A DNA stretch of 62,571 nucleotides, filler included, from Chiloscyllium plagiosum (Eukaryota), in assembly GCF_004010195.1 (NCBI RefSeq). It is 3 parts of one record of this genome, joined end to end, with 100 filler letters (N's around TTAATTAATTAA, not from the genome) between each part and the next. Parts side by side here need not be neighbours in the genome. Positions count along the whole stretch, not along the records: positions 23,798 to 55,358 come from NC_057713.1; 2 more parts are not named here. The stretch is one strand, 5' to 3'. Position numbers and translations under genes: made by a program. The notes under the pieces are model-generated. The model was not told the origin of the DNA. It saw nothing but the letters and a program-made list of their open reading frames with translations, and searched no databases. Of this stretch, positions 24,821-38,860 are shown piece by piece. Every line of letters begins with the position of its first letter. Positions within the stretch are counted from its first letter, which is position 1.

Positions 24821-26204
24821 GATTCTTTGTTACCTCTATGAATTCAATTCGGGTTTAGGTAATACACAAGACTAGTTGATTATTTTTGTAAGGAAATCAG
24901 TTAAGAGACTGGTACAACTTCTCATGCCATGTGGTTTGTAGCTCCTTTGAAGTTGAAATATAAAGCCAGATTTGTACTTGATGTTGAGTAGGTGCTAAAT
25001 CTATCATCCGTGACATTGACTCGAACCTAGACCTTTGAGACTGGTAAAGAAATTAGGGGGTCACTTAGCAAAGACCGACATGAAATCTTATATCTTGGTG
25101 AATAACTAGAATGCTAAAAAGAAATCAGTGAATTCCAGAAAGTGTTGTTCAGGTTGCCGACAAGAAAACTGAATGAAATTTAAAGATTTAATGCAATAGG
25201 TGAACTCGTGGGGAATTTAAAAAGTATAAATGAGATTATAACATTAAGATACTTAATTTTTAATAATTGCTGAATGCTTTAAAATTTTCAGGAAAAAGAT
25301 AGGGTAGAAATCCACAGGTAGGATTTCCAGAACTAGGGGATATTGTTGGACAATTAGGGCCAGACCATTCAAGGGAGATGTTAGGAAGCAGTCTACACAC
25401 AAAGGTGCTAGATGTTTGGAACGTTCTTCCACAAATTGCATTGGAATGTTGGATCAGTTGTTAATTTTAAATCTGAAATAAATGATTTTTTTTTGCTAAG
25501 CAAATGTATTAAGGGATATGGACCAAAGGCAGGTATATGACGTTAGGTCACCGATCAGCCATGATCTCATTGAATGATGTAATAGCCTTGAGGGGCTGAA
25601 TGTCCTACTTCTGTTCCTATGTTCCTGTATTCCACTCCAGAGTTCCTGCCCCTCACTCATCATGCACCCAGTGAAATGAGGCATTTGCCCTTTGCCACCC
25701 ATTGCATGACCTTCCTTCACCTCCTTATCAGATGGCAGCGATTTTCCCCTCAAAAGAGTTTCTTTAGTTCAAAATGGCAATGATCATTGGAAGATGGAAG
25801 CTCATCATCACCTTCTCAGGTGCAAAACAGGACAGGCAGTAAACGCTGGCCCAGCCCATGTCTCACAAGCGAATAAAAAGCATTATGGTGTAGTTGTATT
25901 GGCAAATTGTTGTTTTTTTTTATTTTTTAACAATCCCTAAATAAGTTGTAACCCCTGTCAACACAACCAGAATCTTTTATGTTTCAGTGAGATTGCCTTT
26001 CATTCTCCTAAATTCCAGGGCTAGTTTACTTAGCCTTTCATTATAGGACAACCTTCTCATCCCAGGGACCAATTTAGTGAAGCTTTGCTGTATCACCTCC
26101 AATGCAAATATATCCTTCCTTAGATATGGAGACAGAGGGTGTATATAGTAATATGTGGCCCCACCAAAACTTTATAATTGTAACAAGACTTTTTTATTTG
26201 ATTA

Positions 26205-27045
26205 CCTCGATTGGCTGATGGGTTGAGGAGAGGGCAGATGGTGTTTAATTTAGATAAATGTGAGGTGCTACATTTTGGAAAGGCAAATCAGGGCAGGACT
26301 TGTACACTTAATGGTAAAGTCCCGGGAAGTGTTGTTGAATAAAGAGGTCTTGGAGTGCACGTTCATAGTATAGAATAGAATTGCAGGTAGACACCATTGT
26401 GAAGAAGGCGTTAGGTAGGCTTGCCATTATTGGTCAGCGCATTGAGTATAGGAGTTAGGAGATCATGTTGAGGCTGTACAGGACATTGGTTGGGCCACTT
26501 TTGGAATACTGCATTCAGTTCTGGTCTCCCTGCTCCAGGAGGGATGTTGTGAAACTTGAAAAGAGTTCAGAAAAGATTTACAAGAATGTTACCAAGGTTG
26601 GAGGGTTTGAGCTATAGGGAAGGCTGAATAGGCTGGGGCTTTTTTCCCTAGAGCATCAGAGGTTGAGGGATGACTTATAGAAGTTTATAAAATCATGAGG
26701 GGCATGAATAGAGTGAATAGCCAAGATCTTTTCCTCTAGGTAGTGGAGTCCAAAACTAGAAGGCATAGGTTTAAGGTGAAAGGGGAAAGATATAAAAGGG
26801 ACCTAAGGGGCAACTTTTTCTTGCAGAGGATGGTGCATGAATGGACTGGGCTGGCAGAGGAAGTGGTGGAGGCTGCTAACTTACCCTTTCAGATGCCTTT
26901 TAAATGCTGTATGTGAATAGGAAACGTTTTAAGGGATATGGACTAACTGCTGGCAAATGGGACGAGATTAATTTAAGATATCTGGTTAGCATGGATGAGT
27001 TAGACCAAAGGGTCTGTTTCTAAGCTGTATAACTCTATGACTCGA
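26205..27045 (+). mobile_element. CR1 3' fragment nested in an older minus-strand CR1
   Basis: DKCEVLHFG through to the ctctatgactc tail. Confidence 0.85.
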
Positions 27046-27398
27046 CTCCAATCTCCTCACAAAGGCCACTTTTCCATCCTTATTACTTGCTTTATTGACT
27101 TTCTGCAGTGATTGCAGGAGCACCAGCAAATTTCTCTGCAAATCAACATTTAAAAAAATTTTTTCAAAAAAATCCTGATTTGTTTTTGTTCCGACAATTG
27201 ACAACTAAAATAAATAGCTTTAACATCCCTCCAGTAAATTGAAGTTATCTTTTTGCCCTTCCGCATTACCTGTCTTTATGACTTTGCAATCTCTCTGTGT
27301 TCTCGCCATGAGCTTGTTTTTCCAGTTAGCTTTGTATCACCAGCATACTTGGATATATTAGTCTTTGTCATTTCGTCTTAAGAATACAATCCCATATA

Positions 27399-27572
27399 CA
27401 GAAGAACCTCGATTATTCGGCATTCAATAATCCAAATATCGAATTATCCGGCAAGATCGCAAGGTCACGATGCTTGGCTAAACCATGTTATCCGGCATTT
27501 GATTATCCGGAATTGGATTAACCGAACGAAATAGTCCCTGCCCACATCCTTTGAATTATTGAGCTTCCTCTG
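27399..27572. mobile_element. Tc1/mariner Tigger-like MITE
   Basis: TA duplications at both ends, imperfect TIRs CAGAAGAACCTCGATTATTCG / TGAATTATTGAGCTTCCTCTG and internal gattatccgg repeats. Confidence 0.8.
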
Positions 27573-29372
27573 TATCGTTATATTTTTAAAGACCTAACAT
27601 CTGAATATTTTCTGTACTTACGAATGTCTCCTTTATATTGACCTGCATTGTGGTTCAACTTTCAAACAGATTCAAGAACAGAACCCATTCTTGACTACCT
27701 GTTACGTGTAAAAAGCTAAGCTCAAAAAACCATAAAACATAGTAACAGAAATAGTCTGTTCAGCCCATTAATTATGCTGCATCATTCAATGAGATCATGA
27801 TTGCTCTGATAATCCTTAACTCTACTTTCTTGCCTTACTTCCATAACCCTGATCCTTACTGATTTAAAAATCAGTTTCTCTCAGTCTTGAATATACTTAA
27901 TGATCCAGCCTTGATTGCCTTCAGTGATAGAGAGTTCTGCAGATTTACTACTTTCTGAAAAAGTAATAGTCCACTCATTTTTATCTTAAATGGGCAGCAC
28001 CCTACTGTGAGATTATGCTCACTGGTCCTAGACTCTCCCAGAAAGGGAAACAAGCTCTCCATATTTAACTTATCATGTCCTTGAAGATTCTTGCTAGAAA
28101 AGCAAAGCAGGTCTGGCAGCATCTGGGGAGAGAAATCAGACTTAATGTTTCAGGTTGAGTTACCCTTCCTCAGAACTGATGGTAGCTAGGAAAATGTCAG
28201 TTTACTCCTAAGAATCTTGTAAGTATTAATAAGATCACTTATCATTCTTCAAAACTCTAATGAGTACAGGTCCAACTGACTCAAACTCTGCTCAAGGACA
28301 ATACCTCATACTCAGAATTAACATGGTGAACCTCTTCTCGACTACTCCAACCCCAGTATATCTTCCCTTAGATAAGGGAACCAAAACAGTTCACAATATT
28401 CCAAATAATTTTAGCAAGATCTCCCTAATTTTTCTACTAATTCTAATTGAAATAAAGTCCAACAGTTCATTTGCCTTTCCCATTATCTGCTAGATTTTTG
28501 TGATTCATGAGCGAGGACCTCTAAATCTCACTTTTCAGAAGCTTTCTGCAGTTTTCCCCATTTAAATAATGTTCTATTTTTCTGGTCTATTCTTCCTGAC
28601 TAAGTGCAGAATCTCACATTTTCCCATGTTATATTCCATCTGCCAAGTTTTTGTCACTGACTTAATCTGTCTACGTAAGTGGACAAAAACATAGTAGTCA
28701 ATTTTCAGGTCCCAGGACTGACCTTGTGACTCTCTACTTGTCACAGCCTGCCAACTTGAAAATGTCCTGTTTTATGCCTGTTCTGGACCTCCTGTCTGAT
28801 AATTCATTCTCTTGCTAATCTGTTACCAATCTCAGTGAATCCATACCTTGCATATTAACTTCTGTGTGGCATGGTATTAGATGCTTTTTGAAAATCCAAA
28901 AATACAATATCTACTAATTTCTCTTTCTACTTCACGTGTCATGTCCTCAAAACATAAGAATAAGTTTGTCAGCCTGTTTGTAAAGTCATTTTGACTTGTT
29001 TGTTTCTAATCTTTTAAAATCCTTTCCTAAGTGCATTGTTATGATTTTCTTTGTAACAACTGCCAGCATTTTCCCAATAACTGATGTTGGACTGACTGTC
29101 CAATAATTCTGTTAGCTATCTCCCTTCTTACTTCCAAAGTGGTAAATATTTTTAAAACATCTTTAGCAGAGTAAGGTAAACCTGAAGTTTTTAATATCCA
29201 TTGTCAAATGTATTTAATACATAGCATTCTGTTGCTGGAAAATGGTAAAGGTAAGCATTTCAACAATTCCTATAATTTAAAGTAATCCTTTTGGCTTAAG
29301 TAATCCTTCATAGCTTTTAAGAAGCAGAAAATTTTATTTCATATACAAGGTATTTGTATTATGTACATCCAG

Positions 29373-29555
29373 TTAAAACAATGACTGCAGATGCTGGAAA
29401 CCAGAGTCTTGATTAGAGAGGTGCTGGAAAAGCACAGCAGTTCAGGCAGCATCCAAGGAGCAGTAAAATCGACATTTCGGGCAAAGCATCGATTTTCCTG
29501 CTCCTTGGATGCTGCCTGAACTGCTGTGCTTTTCCAGCACCTCTCTAATCTAGAC
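29373..29555. mobile_element. Short fold-back Penelope-derived element
   Basis: About 65-bp inverted arms. 16-bp TSD tattatgtacatccag (29357-29372, 29556-29571). Lies 120 nt upstream of SPIDR exon D. Confidence 0.8.
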
Positions 29556-29675
29556 TATTATGTACATCCAGGTAATTTGAATGGCTAATTCCTGATGATG
29601 CAGCAATTATCAATGCTTATTTAAGGCAGTATAATATTTTACTTAAATTTTGCCATTTTTTCTACTTAATTTCAG

Positions 29676-29735
29676 CATGTTCCTGAACAACATCGATGTA
29701 GTTTCAGTGCAGAAGTCATTTACACCAGATTCCAG
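29676..29735 (+). CDS. SPIDR: SPIDR coding exon D (HVPEQHRCSFSAEVIYTRFQ)
   Basis: aatttcag acceptor, CAG|gtataa donor, 60 nt, phase 0/0. RCSFSAEVIY matches SPIDR RCSFYATVIY. Confidence 0.9.
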
Positions 29736-30392
29736 GTATAAGCATTCACTTCACTTACATACTTCTCAAAAATGGCAATGTACAATGAGTATTTTTGTTT
29801 GTGGAGCTTTGAGTATTTTTTTAAAACTGAGAATATGAACATATGGTGGATAAATGTTATCTGTCAATTGTCACTCTAATTCTGCAAAGCCAATGACTGC
29901 TTTAACATCAGAGATGTAAATGGGGCTGAACTCCAAAATTGTGAGCTGGCATCAGCATGACTGATCTTGTGGAGAAATCATTGATAGACCAGGAGAAACT
30001 TGGACTGTGGACACTTCTGAAATGATATCCTAAGTAGCATTAAAAGGCTTTTAACAATTGAAGCTTTCTTTGCGTTTGAAATGATAACAGGTAGTAAGAG
30101 TTTACCTTTGTTAGGTCTCCTTCCTGTCATATTTGGTTTAATGCTGCAGGTCAAAATCATTCCTCTGGTATTCAGTTCCTATGTCCATACATGAAGCAAG
30201 ACTGTAATAAGACATGGAACCAGATCACAGAATCCAAACTGACTGTTGGCAAATTAATGATTCCTTCCATCACTTAATTGATTGAATAGAAATTTAACAT
30301 TAGAAATTGCTTGGTTAAATTTACATTTTGGTTTTATAACTTGAGCAATTATCTGGTAGCTGCTACTGTCATAGTTGCACTTAAATAGCTTT

Positions 30393-30665
30393 GGCGGCCC
30401 GGGTTCAATTCCAGCCTCAGGCGACTGTCTGTGTGGAGTTTGCCTATTCTCCCCGCGTTTGCGTGGGTTTCCTCTGGGTGCTCCAGTTTCCTCCCACAAA
30501 TGTGCAGGTCAGGTGAATTGGCCATGCTAAATTGCCCATAGTGTAAGGTGCATTAGTTAGAGGTAAATGTAGGGGAATGGGTCTGGGTGGGTTACTCTTC
30601 GGAGGGTTGGTGTGGACTTGTTGGGCCAAATGGCCTGTTTCCACACTGTAGGGAATGTAATCTAA
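30393..30665 (+). mobile_element. HE1-type SINE (5'-truncated)
   Basis: B box, V-domain and tail as at 12810. Confidence 0.88.
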
Positions 30666-30874
30666 AACTGGTAGTTAGTTCTGATGTTTACTGCAGCCAG
30701 TATGTCATATATAGTTTTTGTTAGGGTGTAGAAATTTTGAATAATATGTTTTTAAGAACATGCACACATTTAATTTAGGAACAGTAGTAGACCATTTGGC
30801 CCCTCAAGCCTGAGCTGTGATTTGATAATGGCTGGTCTGACTATGCCTTAACTTTCTATCCTTCTTACACACTA

Positions 30875-33800
30875 TAAGACATAGCTGCAGGGTTAGACCA
30901 TGTGGTCCATCGAGTCTGCTCTGCTATTCAAACATGACTGATATGTTTCTCCTGCCTTCTCCTGTAACCCTTGATCCTCTCACCTGTCAAAAACCTATCT
31001 ACTTCTGTCTTATATACACTCAATGACTTGGCCTCCACAGACTTTAGCAACAATGAGTTCCACAAATTAACCACCCTCTGGCTGAAGAAATTCATCTCCG
31101 TTCTAAAGAGTCATTCCTTCACTGTAAGGCTTTGTCCTTGGGGACTAGTGTCTCTTACTAGTGGCAACATTTTCTCCACTTTCATTATGCGGGCCTCTGT
31201 AAGTTTCAATCAGGACTCCTCTTATTCTTCTAAACTCTATTGAGTACAGACCCAGAGTCCTCACTCACTCCTCACATGACAAGGTCTTCATCCCCAGGAT
31301 CATTCTGGTAAACATTCTCTGGACCCTCTGCAACTTCCTTATATATGAGGCCCAAAACTACTTTCAATATTCCAAATATGTTCTATCCAGAGCCTTAGGC
31401 ATCCTCAGCAGTACATTTCTGCTCTTGTATTCTAGCCCTCTCAAAATCAATGCTGACATTGTATTTACCATCCTACATGTTAACCTTAGGCGAATCAAAG
31501 TCCCTTAGTGCATCAGATTTCTGTATTCTTATGTTACTTCTTTGCCCATTCTCCCAGCCTGTCCAAGTCCTTGTGCAGCCTCCCCACTTCCTCAACACCA
31601 CCTGTGTCATTTGCAAACATAGCAACAATGCCCTCTGTTCCAGATTATGAGTGTACAATGTAAATAGTTGCGGTCCCAGCATGCTTCTCTACAGAACTCC
31701 ACCACTCATTGCCTGCCATCCTGAAAAAGACCTTTTCAGCCCTCCCCTCTGCCTTCTGCTTGTCAGCCAATCTACTATCTATGCAAGTACCTTGCCCCAA
31801 CACCATGAGCTCTTACCTAATTTGCAGCTTCCTGTGCAACACATTGTTAGAGGCCTTCTGGAAGTCCAAAAGGATCATGTCCACTGGCTCTCCTTTTTCT
31901 AATTTACTCATTACCTCCTCAAAAGAATTCTAATAGATTTGTCGGACATCACTCCCTTTGATGAAGATGTGCTGGCCCAGCCCTATTTTACCATACACAT
32001 CCGAATAGTTCGCAATCTCATTCTTAATAATAAACTCTTAAAATCTTAGCAGTGAACGATATCAGGCTAACTGGACTACAGTTTCCTTTCTTCTGCCTCT
32101 CTCCCTTCTTAAAACATGGTGTTACATTTGCCAGTCTTCTGGGACTTACCTTGGCCTCTGATTGATCATCACCAATGCCTCTGCAATCTCTTTAGCTACC
32201 TCCTTCAGAACTCTGAGATGTAGTCCATTTGCTCTGGGTGATAATCCAATTTCAGACCTTTCAGCTTCCGTAACACCACCTACTTATTGATGGCCACTCC
32301 ACTCATCTCTACCCTCTGACTCTCTTGAAGTTCTGATATGTTGTTGGTGTCTTCCACTGTGAAGACTGATGCAAAGTACTTATTCAGTTCTTCACCACTT
32401 CTTTGTTCCCCATTACTACTTCTCCAGCCTCATTTTCCAACAGTCCAAAGTCCACTCTTGCCTCCCTCTTACCTTTTATATATCTAAAAAAACTTTTCAA
32501 ATGTTCTTTTCTGTTACTACCTCACTCACTTTCGTATTTCAGCTTCTCCCCCTTTCTTGCTTATTTACCTCAGCTAGTTTTTAAAGGCTTCCTAATCCCT
32601 TGGCTTCCAAATCTTCTGGCTTCTGACTAATCTTCACGATTTTTTTTTTGCTTTTATACTGTCCCTGACTTCTCCTTGTCAGCCATGGTTGCCTCATCCT
32701 CACTTTAATGTTTCTTCTTGCTTGGGATGAATTTATGTTATGTCTCGCACATCACCCCAGAAACTCGATCATTGCTGCTTCATTGCTACTTCCCTCCTGA
32801 GTCCCCCTCCAATCAACTCTGGACAGCTCCCCATCTCATGTCTTTGCAGTTGCCTTTACTCAATTGTAATACTGTAACATCTGATTCCAGCTTCTCCCTC
32901 TCAAACAGCAGGGTGAATTCCACCATATTATAGTCATTGTTACTGATGGGGTCCTTCGCCTTAAGGTTCCTAATCAAGTCTGCCTCATTACACATCACCA
33001 AATCCAAATTGCCTGTTCCTTTAGTGGACTCTGCAACAAGCTCCAAAAAAACCATCTTGTAGACATTCCACGAATTCCTTTTGTTGAGATCCGTTAGCAA
33101 CCTGATATTCCCAGTCAGCCTGCATATTGAAGTCCCCCATGATTATTGTAATAATGCCTTTTTTACAAACCTTTTATGTCTCCTTATTTATATTCTTTCC
33201 CATATCCTGACTACAGTTAGGAAGCCTGTACATAACTTGCATCGGGGCCTTTGTAACTTCGCCTCTCTTAAGCTCTACCCACACAGATTCTATTCCTTCC
33301 GATTCTTTTTGCGATTGATTTAATTTAATTTTTTACTAATAAGACAACCCTGTACCCTCTGTTCCTCTGTCTATCCTTTCAATAAGACATGTATCCTTAG
33401 ATATTCAGTTTCTGGCCATACACCCCTTGTAGCCATGTCTCTGTGATATCTACAACATTGTATCTGTCAATTTGTCTATGCTACAAGCTCATTTATTTTG
33501 TTCTGCGTACTGTGTGCATTTAAGTATAACATTCTCAGTCCTACGTTAAGTACTTCGCTTCTCATACTTGCCCTGTCATCTACCTCAAGTTAGATTCCTG
33601 ACGGTGCCCCTCCCACTGGAACAGCTCCCTTCTTCCCCACTATTGGTGCCAATATCCCATAGATTCAAACCTATTTCTCCTTTACCAATTTTTAAGCCAT
33701 AGTTTACAACTTTAATTCTGTTGATCCTGTGCCAAATTTCTCTTGGCTCAGGTAGCTGTCTAGAGATTATCATCTTTTCAGTTCTGCTTTCTAATTTAAC

Positions 33801-33960
33801 CTCTCACTGCTCATATTCCAACAAGAGAATCTCTTTCCTCTTTCTACCTATATTGTTGGTATCTATGTGACCACAACACCTGGCTCTTTTCCTTCCCATT
33901 CCAAGTTTCTCCTCCCTTGATGAGATATCCCTACACTGGCATCAGGCAGGCAAATATAGT
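30875..33960 (-). mobile_element. Long degraded CR1 element (ORF1 esterase end, ORF2, 3' tail)
   Basis: Minus-strand motifs IISRQLPEP (ORF1), LDLVMCNE and LGPQLFTLY, with many stops. Confidence 0.8.
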
Positions 33961-34299
33961 CTTTACCTGGCTGCTGTGCTTTAGAAGGCAGTCACACCTT
34001 TTAGATTCAATACCTCAAATTCAATCAGGGCAATCAAAGACATGAGGCTGTGACAATGAATGAGAAAGGTAGAGGGATTCAGGAGATAGTGCTGAAGGAG
34101 CCACAGCCCTTAAGCTTGTCTAACAGGTTTGAGATTTTTGTTCCTTTTGTGGATGAGAGCGAGCGCTCCAGACAGGTTAGCAAACTTACCATAGCACTGT
34201 GGTACAGGGAGCCATTCAAGAGGGGGCAAGATAAGAGAAATATAGCTGTAATCAGGGACAGTATAGTCAGGGGAGAGTGATCTTTTCTTGACCATGCAA

Positions 34300-35940
34300 A
34301 GTCTTGACTCCCTTATCTGTCAAGATCTATCGAACTTAGCCTTAATAATATCAAATTATCTCCATCCACTACTTTATAAGAGGAGAATTCCACAGACGAA
34401 CAAACCGCTGAGAGAAAAAAAACATTCTTCCCAATCTGCATCTTAAATGGGAATGTCCTTGTCTTTTACACTGTGGCTATTATTTCTAGTCTCTCACAAA
34501 CAGAAACATCCTCTGCATCTACCTCAGCTCCCTTCAAGATATTATATGATTCAGTAAGATCCCTTCTCATTCTCCTAAAGTCCAGTAGATGCAAGCCTAA
34601 CCTAGTTCAAACATTCCTCGTAAGATCACCCTTCAGTGAGGCTTCTCTGAACAGCTTCTAATGTTACTTCATCTCCTTTTCAAGTAAGGAGACCAAATCT
34701 GTATACAGCACACCAAGTGTGATGTTGTCAACTCTCTGTAGAATTATAGCAAAACTTCTTTGATATTCCATTCCTTGTTCCATGAATGAGACATGCATGC
34801 TATGATCATATGTCAGAACACCTATGTCACTGTGTACTGCCAGGCTTTACATCTTTCTCTGTGTAAATATTGTATTGCTTTACTATTTTACCTGCCAAAG
34901 TGGATGGATTCACATTTTGCCCCACCAATTTTTCCTATTGACTTAATCTAAATCATTTCATAAACCTTGTTACACTTTATTTCCTACCTGTATTTGTGTC
35001 ATCCAAAAATTTTGTAACCTTTGATTTGTGCATCCAAGTATTTTATGCAGATAACAGATAGTTGAGGCACCAGCACCAATGCCTGTCGCTCCCACTGATG
35101 ACAGCCTGGCAAACCTGGAAGTGAAATTTTATGCCTACTATCTGCTTCTTCATAGCCAACCAATTCTCTGAAATGTTATCCCTTACACTGAGAGTGCTTA
35201 CTTTGCATAGTGACCTTTGATGTGTCTCCTCATCAACCCTTTTTGGAAATCTCAAGAATACGATGCCTACGGATTTCACTTTAACCAAGTTACTTGTTAC
35301 TTCTTCAAAAGCTTTAATTAATTATTAATACATGATTACCCTTTCACAAAGCACGTTGACTCCAAGGGCCCAGTTACAGCCTCCTTATTAATAGATTCTA
35401 GCATTTTCCCTAAGACAGATATTACGCCAACAAGCCAATAATTACCTGCTTTTCTGTTTCCTTTCTTTCTGGAATAGAGAAGCTGTATCTGCTGTTTTCC
35501 AATCTGAAGGGATATTTTCTGAATCCAAGGGAATTTGAAAATTCACACATGCGTCTGCTATCCCTGCAGCCACTTCTTTTAGGATTCCAGATGTTAGTTC
35601 TTAATTCTAATGATTTTCTCAGTACTCTTTCCTTGTGATTATAATTCTTTAAGTTCTTCCCTCCCTTTCACCTTTTGATGTTCATCTTTTTCCAGGGTAT
35701 TATTTGTGTTCTCTGCAGTAGACAGGATAGCGATTCAATGTTTCTGTCATTTCATTAATTCCCCTTACTCTGGAGGACCCAACTTCACCTTAGTTACTGT
35801 ATTCCATTTTAAATATTTATAGAAACTCTTGGAATCTTTTATATTTTGATTGAACTTTCTCTCATACTCTAATTTCTACCTTATTTTTTTGTAGTCATTT
35901 TTTGTACAGCATTTAAAAAACAGCAATCTTCTGATGCACC
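34300..35940 (-). mobile_element. Old degraded CR1 ORF2
   Basis: Decayed RT motifs, for example in ORF 35043..35288. Confidence 0.6.
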
Positions 35941-35965
35941 ACTAATCCTTTTGAAATTTTTTTCA

Positions 35966-36296
35966 GGGCAGCACACTGGTTAGTACTGTTGCCTCACAGT
36001 GCCAGCATTCTGGGTTTGATTCCAGCCTTGGGCAACTGTGTGCAGTTTGCACATTCTTCCAGTGTCTAGATGGGTTTCCTCTGGGTATTCCAGTTTCCTC
36101 TCATGTGCTGGGTAGGTGGATTGACCATGCTAAATTGCTCATAGTGCCCAAGGATGTGCAGACTAGGTGGATTAGCTCTGGGAAATGCAAAGTTAGAGAT
36201 TGGGTAGGGGAAGTGGGTCTGGGTGGGATGTTCTTTAGAGAGTTGATGTGGACTCAATGAGCAGAATGACTTGTTTCCACACTGTAGGGATTCTAT
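35966..36296 (+). mobile_element. HE1-type SINE (older, longer variant)
   Basis: tRNA-like head gggcagcac...ggtttgattcc, V-domain and tail. Confidence 0.8.
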
Positions 36297-36826
36297 TATT
36301 CTGTTTAACTTGATAAAGAACAAAGAACAGTACAACACAGGTCCTGTAGTCCACCAAACTTATGTTGACACATTATGCCTTTCCAAACTAATAACCTTTC
36401 ATCTCTACACAGTCCATATCCCTCTATCCCCTGCATATTCATGTTCTGTCAAGTTGCCTCTTTTAGTGTTGCTATTGTATCTGGTTCTACCACCTCTTCT
36501 GGCAGAGCTATCCAGGCACTTACCAGCCTCTGAGCAAAAAAAACCTGCTTCTCACAATTCCTTTAAACTTTCCCCTCTTTTTAACCTTATACCTATGTCC
36601 CCTAGTAATTGACATTTCTACCCTACCTCTGATTATCCATTCTATCCATGCCTGTCATAATTTTGTAAACTGCTATCAGGTCGCCTCTCAGCGTCCAAGC
36701 AAAACATACCCCTCATGATTTTATTAATCTCTATAAGGTCATCCCTCTGCCTCTGACGTTCCAGAGAAAATAGCTGCAGCCTATTCAGCCTCTCCCAGTA
36801 GCTCAAATTCTCCAACCCTGGCAATT

Positions 36827-37041
36827 TATATGCAGTAAATTCAACACATTAGTTACAGACAGACTGATCTCGCACGTAAACTTAATTTACAAATACACCA
36901 TGTTATATATTTGTAGATTAAAATTTCCCTTGATAATTGGAGTTTTTTTCATAGAAACCCCTATTTTTTCTTGCTGTATCCCTAGTTCTACACTGTAGAT
37001 ACTGTTCAGAGGTCTATGAATACTCCCACAATTCATTTCTT
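36827..37041 (+). repeat. About 215-bp dispersed duplicate of 37955-38169, embedded in a CR1 fragment
   Basis: Near-identical sequences 1128 nt apart. Confidence 0.9.
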
Positions 37042-38652
37042 TTCTGAACACTTCCTAGTTTCATAACATGCTTCTGATAAGAGGAAGGCTTGAATAGCAT
37101 GTAGTACTCCAAAAGTGGCCAAACTAATGTCCTGTACAGTCACAACATGACCTCCCAACTCCTATACTCAGTGCACTGACCAATTAAGGCAAGTGCTTTA
37201 AGACCCAGAAGCTGCCGGCCCTGGGAGATAAGTGTCAAGATCTGTGATAGTGCAAGATACATGGTTTCATCTGCCTGTCTGCTCTTAATGAGCTGATGGA
37301 CAGGCTATGGGGTGAGTTATCCTAGCAGTGGGATAGTGTTTAGTCACCACCTAACAAACTCATTCCTACACTTAGAAAAAGTATTGGAAATCTGCATCCA
37401 GTGTGTCCATTCTGGTGATTTTCATTGACACAATTTGCAATATTGTCTTCCACCTGTAGCCACATTACTAGACTTTTCTCTGTTGCAAATTTATTTTTGT
37501 TGAAGTTGTGTAAGACCACCTTCCATACCTTGAATTCTCTAGCTGCTGCACATAGTCTACAATTTCAGTGACTTTTAATTTGAACTGGGCTGCTTATCTA
37601 ACATTCATTCTTGTTACCCTGTTGTTAAGTTAGAATATGGGATTGAAAGGAATGCCGTTTGCACCAGTGAGTCGATACTCTTGACATCACTGTCGACATG
37701 CATAGACATGAGGTGCTGAACATGCACCTTCAGTGGTGTGCTATTCTATAATTCTAGGTGGACAATCATACTCATTAGTATCTACAACATTTCTATGATT
37801 CTGTTAAGCAGGCTTGATTTCAATGTTGAGCCTCTGGTAAGTATAAAGAGTTTGGATTGTTTAGTTAAAAGTCAGAGGTTCAATCTGAACATGAGGTAAT
37901 TTCTTGGCCAAAGGTCAGGAGCCAAATTGTACAAGAAATTTACTCTTCCTAGAGTATATGCAGTAAATTCAACACATTAGTTACAGACAGACTGATCTCT
38001 CACTTAAACTGAATTTACAAATATACCATGTTATATATTTGTAGATTAAAATTTCCCTTGATAATTGGATTTTTTTTATAGAAACCCCTATTTTTTTCTT
38101 GCTGTATCCCTAGTTCTACACTGTAGATACTGTTCAGAGGTCTATGAATACTCCCACAATTCATTTCTTCCCTAATTCTTATCTCTACCAAAAGAAAGAT
38201 TCTCATCTTGATCTTTTAAATGCTCGTATGCCTTAATTAACAGAACAAAACCACTATTCTTTCCTGGTTTCCTTTCTTCCATAATGACAAGTATGATTGG
38301 ACATTCAGGTCCCAGTGTTAGGTACATTGCACTCATGTATTTGTAATGGCTGTCAGGTCATATGCATTTTCCGTTTCACTTGATAAATCTGTTTTGATCA
38401 GAAGCCTATAGATATAAAGCCTTTAGTTTGGTTTTATATTATTTTTGCTCTCTCTGCCCTTATCTGTTGTTGCACTGTTAGGTTGGCACATTATTGCTGT
38501 GCTCTGATCGTTATGAACTATCTTGCTCTCTTGTACTTTAATTTACAATCTCTTCCGCACAGTTGTATATTCTTTCTTGCCTAACAGCCCAACTTGTAGT
38601 ATGGGTTGTAAGATATTTAATGATTGTTTATTCCTACGTTGTTCCTTCACAG

Positions 38653-38860
38653 GATCAAACTGCCTACCACCAAAAAAGTAAGGACTTTTGGCTGTTTGTG
38701 ATTGATTCATCACTGCAGTCTGCAGGTCATGATTCCGGAGTACCTAAAACACTCTCAGTCTATGTTACATCAAGCTGCATTCTCGGTCTTGAAGTTATTA
38801 AATCACTGAATGATGAAACATCCAGCAACATTTTCTTCAAGGATGCCATAATCGAGAAAG
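38653..38860 (+). CDS. SPIDR: SPIDR coding exon E (DQTAYHQKSKDFWLFVIDSSLQ...PKTLSVYV...IFFKDAIIEK)
   Basis: ttccttcacag acceptor, AAG|gtaaca donor, 208 nt, phase 0/1. Matches SPIDR WLLVTD..LQ...PKTLLVYV...LFFKDA. Confidence 0.93.
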
